A stretch of DNA of 64,000 nt from Eledone cirrhosa. Taxonomy: Eukaryota. Under the pieces are notes generated by a model. It did not search any database. It saw only the letters and a list, made by a program, of their open reading frames with translations, and was not told the origin of the DNA. Position 1 is the stretch's first letter, and each line of letters starts with the position of its first letter. The stretch lies in assembly GCA_964016885.1 (NCBI GenBank), contig OZ024742.1, positions 68,200,001 to 68,264,000 of the forward strand, read 5' to 3'. Below, in pieces: positions 12,811 to 23,528 of the stretch. Both the position numbers and the translations under genes were made by a program.

Positions 12811-13929
12811 TAAGGGTGCTAGATACGGTGTTAATCTTAGCAGTACTAACAGTAGTAGAAAGCATTGTTGTGATGGCAACATGTTTTTTTCTGGTTGTAG
12901 TTCAAGTAAAAGTCGTACGAGAGTAATATTATAATATTCATCACTTATTTATTATCTATATGTTTCTTAACTTCCAATTGAAATTCGACAATGTAATCAA
13001 ACTGTCAGCGACCTCATGAATCACACATTCCTTTTCCTTCATCACACATGTTGCATCCAATTCCGTTGGTCTTGCACTAAACACTGCACCCAGTGTTTTC
13101 TTTGCAGTGTGATGTAGCCCTAGAATTCTTTCCAGTCATGTGTCTTTCCTGTGTTATAGACTTCTCAACAATTTAAATTTAACATTATCAGAATCGATTT
13201 TATCTGTTTCATAGGACCTGCAGTAGCTATGGGCACTGCGCCACCACCCTAAATAATAAAACAACAATAATTTGGAAATAAATGAATCATTAATGCACTG
13301 AGAGCGATTTAATTGACTTTCCCGTTCCCCAAAATCACTTGCCTTGTGCATATAGTAGAAATCATTGTTATTAATATTATTGGCTGTCAGACAGTGAAGA
13401 CGTATATTTGTGAGCTCCGCAAAGTATTTTTTTTTTTAAATGATTTTGTTTGGGGGGGGGGGTCAATTGTAATAGTTGATATATCTTTGCAAAGGGGTCG
13501 TAAGACTTCCGACTTTACCGTGTGAAGGGGAGATGTTATAATATTTGAAATTTGTATATTTTTTCTCATTTAAGAAAATGGACGAAACACGTCTCCCAAC
13601 ATTGTCTGGCGTCTCAGGATAGCGAATTAAAAGTTGAGAGGAGGAAACAAACAATTATGGACCAAAAACATTTAATTACAAACACAATATGCAACAAGGA
13701 ATTAGCAACACTACCAACATGAACAACGACAGCAACAACGAACTACAACAGCGAAAGCAACAACAACTGCACAAAGAACAACACTAACACGAACTGCAAC
13801 AGCGACAACAACAACACCAACAACAAGAGGAATTTAAGAAGAGTGAAAGCAGTAACAACAACACAAACAACAACAACGCTGCAGTGTGGTAACAAAACAA
13901 TAATTCAGTCTTTGACGGACCGAAACGAA

Positions 13930-14950
13930 CGTGTGCTGAACGATTCCAAGCAAGATGTGTGAGGCCTTTCGTCTGTACTTTGCTCAGCTGTTCGGAAGGA
14001 GTGGGTAACCGGAGACGGTAGTGGATTTCAGTCCCTTCCTTGACGGGCTACTGCGTCTCTCGCCAGCCGATGCTGAGTTCTGCGAAAAGCCAATAACTTC
14101 AGTCGAGATTCGAGATGCCCTAGTCGGCTACACGCACGAGGCATAAGTCACTCGGTTTGGATGATCTGCCTTACGAGCTTTATGTGGACATGCCAGACGT
14201 GTCCTCCGATCTCTTCGACGCGCTCTAATGCAACTGACAGCAGAAGGGGAGTATTTCCAGTTCGATGAGCCGGGTCGTAGTGATGCTGATGAGGAAAGAT
14301 GAGAACAAAAGGGATACGTTAGATAACTTCATGCCCATAACTCTGCTACACATATGTTAAGATGTTGGTCAAGATGTTAGCGAAGAGATTGGCGCTTATT
14401 GTCGAGGATTTGATAGTGGGGACGCAAACATGCGCAGGTCCATACACAACTGCCTCCACCTCGTGCGATACACCATAGAGAGGGTTGGGTGTAAACATGG
14501 CTTTGGTGGGGTTCCGATCAAGTCAGATCAATCTAAAGCTTTCGATGGGGTCGACCATTGAAACATGGGGGCTGTCCTCAAGGGTTCTGTCCCATCTTCA
14601 GAGGTTGGATCGCTGCAATGCACAGCGGCATCTGCTTGGTGGTCAAAGTTAATGGAATCGTTTCAGATCTCCCGATTGGTCCGTCAAGGGTGTCCCCTAT
14701 CTTCCCTTCTGTACGTTTGTTACTCTCGAGCCTTTACTGCAGAAGCTTGAGCTGTTGCAGGGCATCCCGCAAGAACCGAGACGTGAAAAGGCTGGGTCGG
14801 CATACGCGGACATCACCGTGATTGTTTCGAACAACTCAGAAATCGATGTGGTCGCCACCTTTTCGCAGAAATATGAAAGGTTGACGGGAGCGAAACTAAT
14901 CCCGGAAAAGTCGGTGGGTTTGCAGTTCGGGACCTATCGAGTGCAAGTAG
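13930..14950 (+). mobile_element. L1/Tx1-like ORF2 reverse-transcriptase remnant
   Basis: Frameshifted translation: RLSPADAEFCEKPITSVEIRDAL, DDLPYELY, RKDENKRDTLDNFMPITLL, DQSKAFDGVDH, VRQGCPLS, YADITVIVS, LTGAKLIPEKS. Homologous to 53620-54600 (-). Confidence 0.85.
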
Positions 14951-15076
14951 AAGATCACGACCAACTTCATACGCAGCAGTAGAAGCCATATTTACGTTGT
15001 GCAGAACTGTTATAATCTGCATTATTAACATTGTTCTTGCTACCTAAACAACTATTAGGTTCATTCATCATAGACT

Positions 15077-15274
15077 TAGACCTGTCAACTCTCTCCGTGG
15101 GACGGGGAGATCACCCCGTTTTGGCTCATTTCCCCCTTTCTCCCCGTTTTTTGTGGAAATTGGTATAGCTTTCACTACTTAAAATCTCCCCGTTTTGTCT
15201 CATTTCTCTCCATTTTGAGGCACTTTTTTCATGGAACTGCTCCCCGTTCGGGTTTTTAGAGGTCGGCAGGTCTG
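15077..15274. mobile_element. MITE with 13-bp TIRs and an apparent 6-bp TSD
   Basis: TAGACCTGTCAAC...GTCGGCAGGTCTG, with TAGACT on both sides (15071-15076 and 15275-15280). Confidence 0.7.
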
Positions 15275-16394
15275 TAGACTCAGTTTCTAATTTCATCAAC
15301 TAATACTCTATGTTACTGCATCTTAGTATGATATGCTTATGCATGACTGAGTTTCTCTACTCATTAGTTACTCTTTGATTCTAGTATTGGCCAATAATTT
15401 CCTTAGAGCTACGAAATTCTGTGGGATTGCATGCTTGCTTAAGGTTGTCCATTCTTTTATACTCATCCTTTGGAACATAAATGATTAGTTGGAGAAGTCA
15501 TCCCTAACTCTGTGAGCAGCCTTCTTTTCTTGCTTCTCCTTGTAGTGCTGAATGTCTTTTTCTTCCAACTATTGAACCCCTCTCCAACTGTGAGACAGCC
15601 AACAGTTACTTATGTATTACCTTCATATGACGGTGGTGCACGTTTACAAGGAGGAATTTTAAAGACGTCTTTATTTGTCCACCTGAACATTGGCGGTAAT
15701 GTTGTTGGCCGCAGAAGATCCTAAACAGGAAATTCCAGTCACTCAGACACTACGCACAAAGAATTGATAGTTGAATGGGCTGCTATGTACATATTTATGT
15801 ATCAGGAAAATGTTATGATAGTTGTCTTTGGGAAAATGTGTTTTCATAACTAGCTGGTACGCCATGGATTAAGTATTGATGTATAAGCGATGATGTATGT
15901 ATCCCATGTGTAGGCACACAAGTAACACATTAGTAGGTACAATAGGTTTATGTGACATCTGTTTTAGCGAGTGAATATAAACTGAAAAGAAAAAAATTCC
16001 GAAACCAAATACATCTAATATTATCGGAATAGTAACAGAAGTTTCAGAATGTAAACGACGCCAACATTGTATTTATAATCACATTAGGAACTTTCAATCA
16101 TTTTCAAAATGTAACTTTGACAGTAAATTAAAATCTAATAAAAGAAATAATGAAATGAAAAAACTTTCAGTCAAGTAATAATATTCTTGAGTTTGGTCTT
16201 GAATGATCTCGAACAAAAAATCATTCATCACGAATTGTATTAATATTTTAACTGAGATCTATCAAACTTCTTCCTCTTGCTTCTTGCTATAAAATATGTT
16301 ATAATAACAGGGAGAACGGAAGAGCCTTTAACAAATCACGCACACGGACACACGCACGCACACACACACAAACACACGCACATATATATATATA

Positions 16395-16432
<38 letters not shown>

Positions 16433-16894
16433 ATGCATGTATGTATATATATATATATATTATAGTAAATTTTGAAGTAGTATTATGAAAGGATAATGTT
16501 ACGAACAAAGTAAAGATTGCGTAACAGATTAAATGGAGGAAATATTTTATATATTACATTATGGTTAAGGTTTCCTAATGTTCATATAACTTCAGGTTTC
16601 CTACTAAATCTAATAACAATCATTCAATAGTATACGTCGCTCATAGGCCAGAGTAATACTGTTTATAGACACCAGTATATCAAATCACTAGTACTCAGAA
16701 GGTTTCCATTGATCACAGATCACACCACTATTTGAATTACTGCTTTATATATAAGAGCCGTTGTTTATGAAACCAAAAGCGACGAATATGTGGTAGGAGT
16801 GTGGAATGTAAGAGTTAAACAGAAGTCAGAGTGTTAGATACCTCGGGAGAACCCAGCTGTGTTATGAACATATAGCCTCAGTATTATTTGTAAG

Positions 16895-17076
16895 GTGGAT
16901 TGGCAGTATCGGTAGAGTATCGGACGCCATGCTTTGACGCATAGAGTTACGGTCCTTTCCATTCTGAGTTCAAATCACGCCGAGGTTAACTTTGCCTTTC
17001 ATCCTTACGGGGTCGATAAAATAAAGTACCAGTAATGTACTGGATAATTGCTGGTCTTGTGCCAAAAGAAGAAACA
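16895..17076 (+). mobile_element. SINE family A with 12-bp TSD
   Basis: Full copy. TSD ATTATTTGTAAG at 16883-16894 and 17077-17088. Confidence 0.9.
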
Positions 17077-17735
17077 ATTATTTGTAAGATACACAAGTAG
17101 AGTGCAACAGATTTTAATGACTTTCCATCTCAAATTAAAGATTTCTCAGTTGGGAACTCAGTAAATAGAGAACACGGTAATTCATAATGTTTAGAATAAC
17201 CAAAGGTTGCTACATGACAAATATGCAACAAAAGTAAACACCTGAAAAGGTTCACAGCAGAAACATGTTTAAGAAACACCTAATTCACAGGCCTGAGTAA
17301 TACAGTTTCTAGACTCCCAAATGTCAAGACGTGTGTCTTCAGCAGGGTTTTGAAGGGAACCCACAAGCACAGAGCATAGTTATATACAGAAGAGTATTTT
17401 GCAGTAAAGCAGGAAGTCACAGTTCCCAACGAAGAAACATATTTCGGTTAAGACGAAACAATTTCGCTCGACTTTCATTAATTCGTTTCTTAATTCAGTT
17501 AAAACTATTTCCTACTCAGTAGTTATCGTACGGTTGCTTTCGCGCTAATATATTCCCTATCACCTCATATTCTTTTTCTCTTTCGCTTTTTCTTAAGAAA
17601 ATATAATGACACACACAAATATATATATATATATATATATATAACGAAGGAAATGTGGTAAGGAACCAGGTGGACCATAACGCACCAAAGTACTCAATAC
17701 TTGAGGTAGTAGAGTGGGTAATAGGAACCAGTAAG

Positions 17736-17829
17736 ACCCCGACAGCTGAGCTCAAGCCGTTTCGACGGCTAATTCTGGACTAAATGAACATTTATCCTGG
17801 TATTTAAATAGCCGATCTTCTCAAGGGGT
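17736..17829 (-). ncRNA. Type I hammerhead ribozyme (U3-A8 core variant), left-arm copy
   Basis: Reverse complement of 21135-21228. Confidence 0.75.
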
Positions 17830-18927
17830 AATTCCATATATGGTCAAAGTGATTGTCAAAAATCAGTAGTAATTCTGTGGTTGCAAATTAGTAGGGGAGA
17901 TGGTGGCTAAACCTGCCAGTAGGAGAAAGAGGGGAGGGGGTGGATTAGACCCAATCAAGCGTTGGTAGTGCCAGCTACAGCTGGGCATGAGGTCAAAGAA
18001 GATACAGGGGAGGGGGAGGGGGAGGAAGTCGGAACGGTAGGTAGAACAATGGGGGGTAAAAATAGGAAAGAAAAAATACTGAGAGTGAAGAAAAGCAAAT
18101 AAGTGTAAAGAAAAAATTAAATTCTACGACCTAGGTGTCAGGCTATTGTTAGGCGAGAATAAAATAAAGAAAGAAAGAAAGAAGTAAATAAATAAATAAA
18201 TAAATAAATAAGGAAATAAGTAAAAGAACTAGGTGGGACGAATTAGGCAAGGACCCTTTTAAGAGGTATAAGTACGTAAATGATACGGTGACTGGTCAAC
18301 AAAAGGGGCCAAAATACTAAAGAGACTACCACGAAATAAACAATAAAGGTTTCCATCCCGGGCCAGCAACGACCCAGTGCAGCAAAGTGAACTTGTACGA
18401 CATAATAATTCTGAGTCCCGGGAAAAATATATACTAATGCTAACTCTAAAAGATCTAAAACAAGCTACATGAAAGTTCGTACGAAATAAAGGTAGAATAC
18501 GGAGAAATAAGTTCAGAATCCACCCCGCCCAGAAGAAAAGCGAAGCAAGAAATACTGAAACGAAAAAATAAGGCATAAGTGCCACTAAGAAATATAGAGG
18601 GCACAGAGAATAGTGGGAGCGGTCGGAAAAGGGGGGCAAGTATCCGGGGTCTAAGCCAACTGCTATAAAGGGCGGAGTCCGCCAAATCTATCAAAGACTA
18701 GGGGAGGGGGGAGTGGGGGTACTAAGGCTACATGGGGCCAAAGGGCAGCCTCGGGTGGGCGAGAAAAGACGCCGACAAAGGAGAAGAGCTGGGGTAGAAG
18801 GACAAAGGAGAGAGGGGGGAAGGAAATAAAGGATGCGATAAAAGAATACAAAGAAGATCTAACGTCTTCCTTGGCAAGCAGGGGTTACCCATTGTAAAAT
18901 AGGCAACTGGGGTGTTATAGCCCTAGT

Positions 18928-19566
18928 CTACCCCCCCGGGTCATTATGGGGTTTGAGGGCGAGGTAAGTCCTACGCAATCTATGTTTACATGCAGTAACC
19001 AGTTCATCTTTCTTGTTTAGGAGTTGGTCCGTCGAAAACAGCATTTGTAAAGTTTCCTCCGAGCATAAATTGCACGGACGGCGTCCTCCCGTGTAAGAAT
19101 TGGCTCTGGACAGTAATCTCCAAGTGAGATCATAGGTGATGTTGTTGTCCTTGAGGTCCCATATGTGGCCCGAAAGTGTAGTGGCGTGGCGCCGGGCCGG
19201 GTTTCGGAAGGTATGTCTATGTTGGTATAGCCGGGTCTTGAAGTCACATGCGGTAAGTCCTATATAGGCTTTGTTGGAGGTATCCGTCCTCACGTTGCAC
19301 TGGTAGATCACATTACGGTCTCTGCATCTATTGTCGAGTGGGCAAATAGATCTATCCGGGCAGTTACACCTCCTGGTCGGTTCTCCACTGCTATTTAGGT
19401 TATTTCTGCCATCGGGGTTGAGTTTTTTGTTGTTAGAGGAGACGATGTTTTGTGCGAAGTTTGGTGTAGTGCTGTAAGAGAGTTTGATGGTATTTTTGTT
19501 AATTATGTTGTGGTAGCGGTGTTGTAATAGGAAGTGTTTTTCAATGAGCCTAAAGAATAGTTTCCC
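18928..19566 (-). CDS. PLE ORF C-terminal fragment: linker, Cys-rich motif and GIY-YIG endonuclease (5' truncated)
   Basis: Open frame GKLFFRLIEKHF...NKNTIKLSYSTTPN...CNCPDRSICPLDNRC..NVIYQC...YIGLT..FKTRLYQH...LSGHIW...CNLCSEE...LLNKKDEL..CKH, typical of PLE endonucleases. Confidence 0.9.
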   Translation of the reverse strand, partial: GKLFFRLIEKHFLLQHRYHNIINKNTIKLSYSTTPNFAQNIVSSNNKKLNPDGRNNLNSSGEPTRRCNCPDRSICPLDNRCRDRNVIYQCNVRTDTSNKAYIGLTACDFKTRLYQHRHTFRNPARRHATTLSGHIWDLKDNNITYDLTWRLLSRANSYTGGRRPCNLCSEETLQMLFSTDQLLNKKDELVTACKHRLRRTYLALKPHNDPGG

Positions 19567-20036
19567 TAAATAGCAGTGGAGAACCGACCAGGAGGTGTAA
19601 CTGCCCGGATAGATCTATTTGCCCACTCGACAATAGATGCAGAGACCGTAATGTGATCTACCAGTGCAACGTGAGGACGGATACCTCCAACAAAGCCTAT
19701 ATAGGACTTACCGCATGTGACTTCAAGACCCGGCTATACCAACATAGACATACCTTCCGAAACCCGGCCCGGCGTCACGCCACTACACTTTCGGGCCACA
19801 TATGGGACCTCAAGGACAACAACATCACCTATGATCTCACTTGGAGATTACTGTCCAGAGCCAATTCTTACACGGGAGGACGCCGTCCGTGCAATTTATG
19901 CTCGGAGGAAACTTTACAAATGCTGTTTTCGACGGACCAACTCCTAAACAAGAAAGATGAACTGGTTACTGCATGTAAACATAGATTGCGTAGGACTTAC
20001 CTCGCCCTCAAACCCCATAATGACCCGGGGGGGTAG
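19566..20036 (+). CDS. Inverted second copy of the PLE GIY-YIG endonuclease fragment
   Basis: Same protein from LNSSGEPTRRCNC onward; ORF track 19653..20036 is identical to 18928..19311. Confidence 0.88.
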   Translation, partial: LNSSGEPTRRCNCPDRSICPLDNRCRDRNVIYQCNVRTDTSNKAYIGLTACDFKTRLYQHRHTFRNPARRHATTLSGHIWDLKDNNITYDLTWRLLSRANSYTGGRRPCNLCSEETLQMLFSTDQLLNKKDELVTACKHRLRRTYLALKPHNDPGG

Positions 20037-21134
20037 ACTAGGGCTATAACACCCCAGTTGCCGATTTTACAATGGGTAACCCCTGCTTGCCAAGGAAGAC
20101 GTTAGATCTTCTTTGTATTCTTTTATCGCATCCTTTATTTCCTTCCCCCCTCTCTCCTTTGTCCTTCTACCCCAGCTCTTCTCCTTTGTCGGCGTCTTTT
20201 CTCGCCCACCCGAGGCTGCCCTTTGGCCCCATGTAGCCTTAGTACCCCCACTCCCCCCTCCCCTAGTCTTTGATAGATTTGGCGGACTCCGCCCTTTATA
20301 GCAGTTGGCTTAGACCCCGGATACTTGCCCCCCTTTTCCGACCGCTCCCACTATTCTCTGTGCCCTCTATATTTCTTAGTGGCACTTATGCCTTATTTTT
20401 TCGTTTCAGTATTTCTTGCTTCGCTTTTCTTCTGGGCGGGGTGGATTCTGAACTTATTTCTTCGTATTCTCCCTTTATTTCGTACGAACTTTCATGTAGC
20501 TTGTTTTAGATCTTTTAGAGTTAGCATTAGTATATATTTTTCCCGGGACTCAGAATTATTATGTCGTACAAGTTCACTTTGCTGCACTGGGTCGTTGCTG
20601 GCCCGGGATGGAAACCTTTATTGTTTATTTCGTGGTAGTCTCTTTAGTATTTTGGCCCCTTTTGTTGACCAGTCACCGTATCATTTACGTACTTATACCT
20701 CTTAAAAGGGTCCTTGCCTAATTCGTCCCACCTAGTTCTTTTACTTATTTCCTTATTTATTTATTTATTTATTTATTTACTTCTTTCTTTCTTTCTTTAT
20801 TTTATTCTCGCCTAACAATAGCCTGACACCTAGGTCGTAGAATTTAATTTTTTCTTTACACTTATTTGCTTTTCTTCACTCTCAGTATTTTTTCTTTCCT
20901 ATTTTTACCCCCCATTGTTCTACCTACCGTTCCGACTTCCTCCCCCTCCCCCTCCCCTGTATCTTCTTTGACCTCATGCCCAGCTGTAGCTGGCACTACC
21001 AACGCTTGATTGGGTCTAATCCACCCCCTCCCCTCTTTCTCCTACTGGCAGGTTTAGCCACCATCTCCCCTACTAATTTGCAACCACAGAATTACTACTG
21101 ATTTTTGACAATCACTTTGACCATATATGGAATT

Positions 21135-21228
21135 ACCCCTTGAGAAGATCGGCTATTTAAATACCAGGATAAATGTTCATTTAGTCCAGAATTAGCCGTC
21201 GAAACGGCTTGAGCTCAGCTGTCGGGGT
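21135..21228 (+). ncRNA. Type I hammerhead ribozyme (U3-A8 core variant), right-arm copy
   Basis: Stem I ACCCC/GGGGT; core TTGAGAA; stem II GA(T)CGGCTA/TAGCCGTC with a long loop; GAAA; stem III ACGGCT/AGCTGT; predicted cleavage after GTC (C21223). Confidence 0.75.
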
Positions 21229-21238
21229 CTTACTGGTT

Positions 21239-21304
<66 letters not shown>

Positions 21305-21724
21305 TATATATATATATATATTTATGCGTGTGTGTGTGTGAATGTGTGTGTGTGTATCTGGGTGTGTGTGTGTGTGTCCAGTTCTAGTCTATTGTTGAAT
21401 TGGGGGGTTCAGTTTGGCTATTAATATAAATTTCAGGTATTCCTCAGAAACGTTATAAAATATTTAAATGTCAGGGAAACGCACCCTTGTATCGCAACAA
21501 TAACATAATCAACGAAAAGTAATGTACTTACATTAATAACCGTTAAATACAAACGTAACATTTTAAATAACTTCGGTGTCATTATATTTTCTTAAGAAAA
21601 AGCGAAAGAGGGAAAGAATATGAGGTGATAGGGAATATATTAGCGAGAAAGGAAATAGTTTTAACTGAATTAAGAAACGAATTAATAGGATATTGCAGAT
21701 TATATATAAATATAGTAAAATATA

Positions 21725-21908
21725 TAATTGTTTCTACTTTTGGCACAACGCCAGCAATTATCACAGTGTATTACTGGTACTTTATTTTATCGACCCCATA
21801 AGAATGAAAGGCAAAGTTAACCTCGGCGGGATTTGAACTCAGATAATAAAGGGCCGTAACTCTTTGCTGCAAACCATGCGTCCGATCCTCTACCGATACT
21901 GCCAATCC
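21725..21908 (-). mobile_element. SINE family A
   Basis: Full reverse-complement copy ending ...TACCGATACTGCCAATCCA. Confidence 0.88.
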
Positions 21909-22967
21909 AAACAAATACAGTCGTGAAAACAAGGGTGAGAGCAGGAGTCAAGGTTTATTTGTATGAAGATTAATAATTAACAATCTTTGTAAGCAATATA
22001 TGGAATACCACAGGATACGGTGAACCATAATTTTCAACGAACTAATATTTAACAAAAAAATGCTTTTGTTTCATATTGTGAGTATACAGAGAAAGGAAAA
22101 TATAGGAGATTACGAAGATAAAAATAATCGTATGAGAATCCAAATTTATTGATTAACTTGACAAAGGTAAAATACATGTGTTTGTATGTGTGTTTATGTG
22201 TGTGTAAGGGAAAGAAAGAAAGAGAGTGTGAGAGTGTGAGTGTGTGTGTGTGTGTGTGTGCATTGTGAGAGTGTGAGTGTACACAGGCGTCGTATTTTTT
22301 TGTAGGCGGGAATGGAGGGGGGCTTAATGCTATTAGTGTCATGAAATAAATTTAAGAGAAGGTAAATTAATGAAATCAAGTGTGAAACAATGAAGCAATG
22401 ACTCCACCATCACGTAATTTCAACATGTCTGGCGTCTTTGTTTAAATTTCAATTCAGTGAATGTGCTTACTGAAAATAATTCCTCGGATCATATTCAATC
22501 TGTTTCGTATCAACACCTACTTCAAGATATCCAATCATTGCTCATATTCTCATTACGTTCAGTGACATCATAATTTTAAATAATCTATGATGCAAAAGAG
22601 ACATAGAAAAATGACTAAGAATTGTTTCTACTTTAGGCACAAGGCCAGCAATTAGCCAGTAAATGACTGAGAATGATGATGATTAAATTTCCTGATATAT
22701 GAAGAGGTGTGAAAGTTACTTTATTTCAAGTTGTTCTAGTTCATTTAGATAGCAAAAATGTCAGCTTTTTCATACACATTGTCACGCTCAAGCGTTGGGA
22801 GTATTACGTTAAAGGTGCACGTCTCTATGAAACGCTCAGCCACATGCACATTAATTTCACAAGCAGGCAGTTTCGTTAGTCAGACAACAGGTGCACTCAT
22901 CGTCAGAGCCAAGAAAGGTCCAAAACACATAGAAAGACAAATGAACATTATATTGAACATTATTTTA

Positions 22968-23103
22968 TACGGCCCTTTCCATTCTGAGTTCAAATCCCGC
23001 CAAGGTTAACTTTGCCTTTCATCCTTACGGGGTCGATAAAATAAAGTACCAGTAATGCACTGGGGTAATTGCTGGACTTGTGCCAAAAGTAGAAACAATT
23101 ATT
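22968..23103 (+). mobile_element. SINE family A, 5' truncated
   Basis: B box and core present; ATTATTTTA on both sides. Confidence 0.85.
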
Positions 23104-23223
23104 TTAGTGAATTTTAAAATAAAGTATTTTTTTTAAAACAACAGGGTAAAAAGAATATTGAGTGAATTTATTTAGTGTTTGATGGAATGTCGAATGTTTG
23201 CATAATCTGTTTATGTACGGATA

Positions 23224-23293
<70 letters not shown>

Positions 23294-23376
23294 ATAATAA
23301 TAAATTTGAAGACTAAAATACAAAGAGGGATCGATAAGGATAAATATATATCAAATATATAAGAACCGTAGAGCAA

Positions 23377-23493
23377 ATATTTATTAAAAAACAGATTAAA
23401 GTTTAAGCAAAGAATCGGTGCTTTCACCCTTAACGAGATCCCGTTAAGGGTGAAAGCAGCGATTCTTTGCTTAAACTTTAATCTATTATTTTA

Positions 23494-23501
<8 letters not shown>
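23377..23501. repeat. Palindrome (~60-bp arms) between (TA)n tracts
   Basis: ...AAGCAAAGAATCGGTGCTTTCACCCTTAACG-AGATCC-CGTTAAGGGTGAAAGCAGCGATTCTTTGCTT... Confidence 0.9.

Positions 23502-23528
<27 letters not shown>

Larger units (their letters stand above)
17641..21243. mobile_element. 5'-truncated Penelope-like retroelement in fold-back (inverted) arrangement, inserted in (TA)n
   Basis: Arms 17721-19399 and 19565-21243 are near-identical reverse complements (about 4 substitutions spotted). 165-bp spacer; extra 80-bp tail 17641-17720; (TA)n at both outer ends; a GIY-YIG ORF and an HHR in each arm. Confidence 0.92.

Noticed and set aside
12548-12882. PolyQ and polyT/A ORFs (also polyL/V at 28021-28279)
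   Set aside because: Pure trinucleotide repeats with no flanking domain or splice evidence.
15420-15910. Possible degraded DNA-transposon coding sequence (also 12960-13200 and 6330-6690)
   Set aside because: No motif could be identified with confidence by eye.
18259-18851. ORFs in the PLE 3' region (mirrored at 20113-20705)
   Set aside because: Pyrimidine-rich untranslated sequence with no recognisable domain; duplicated only because of the inversion.
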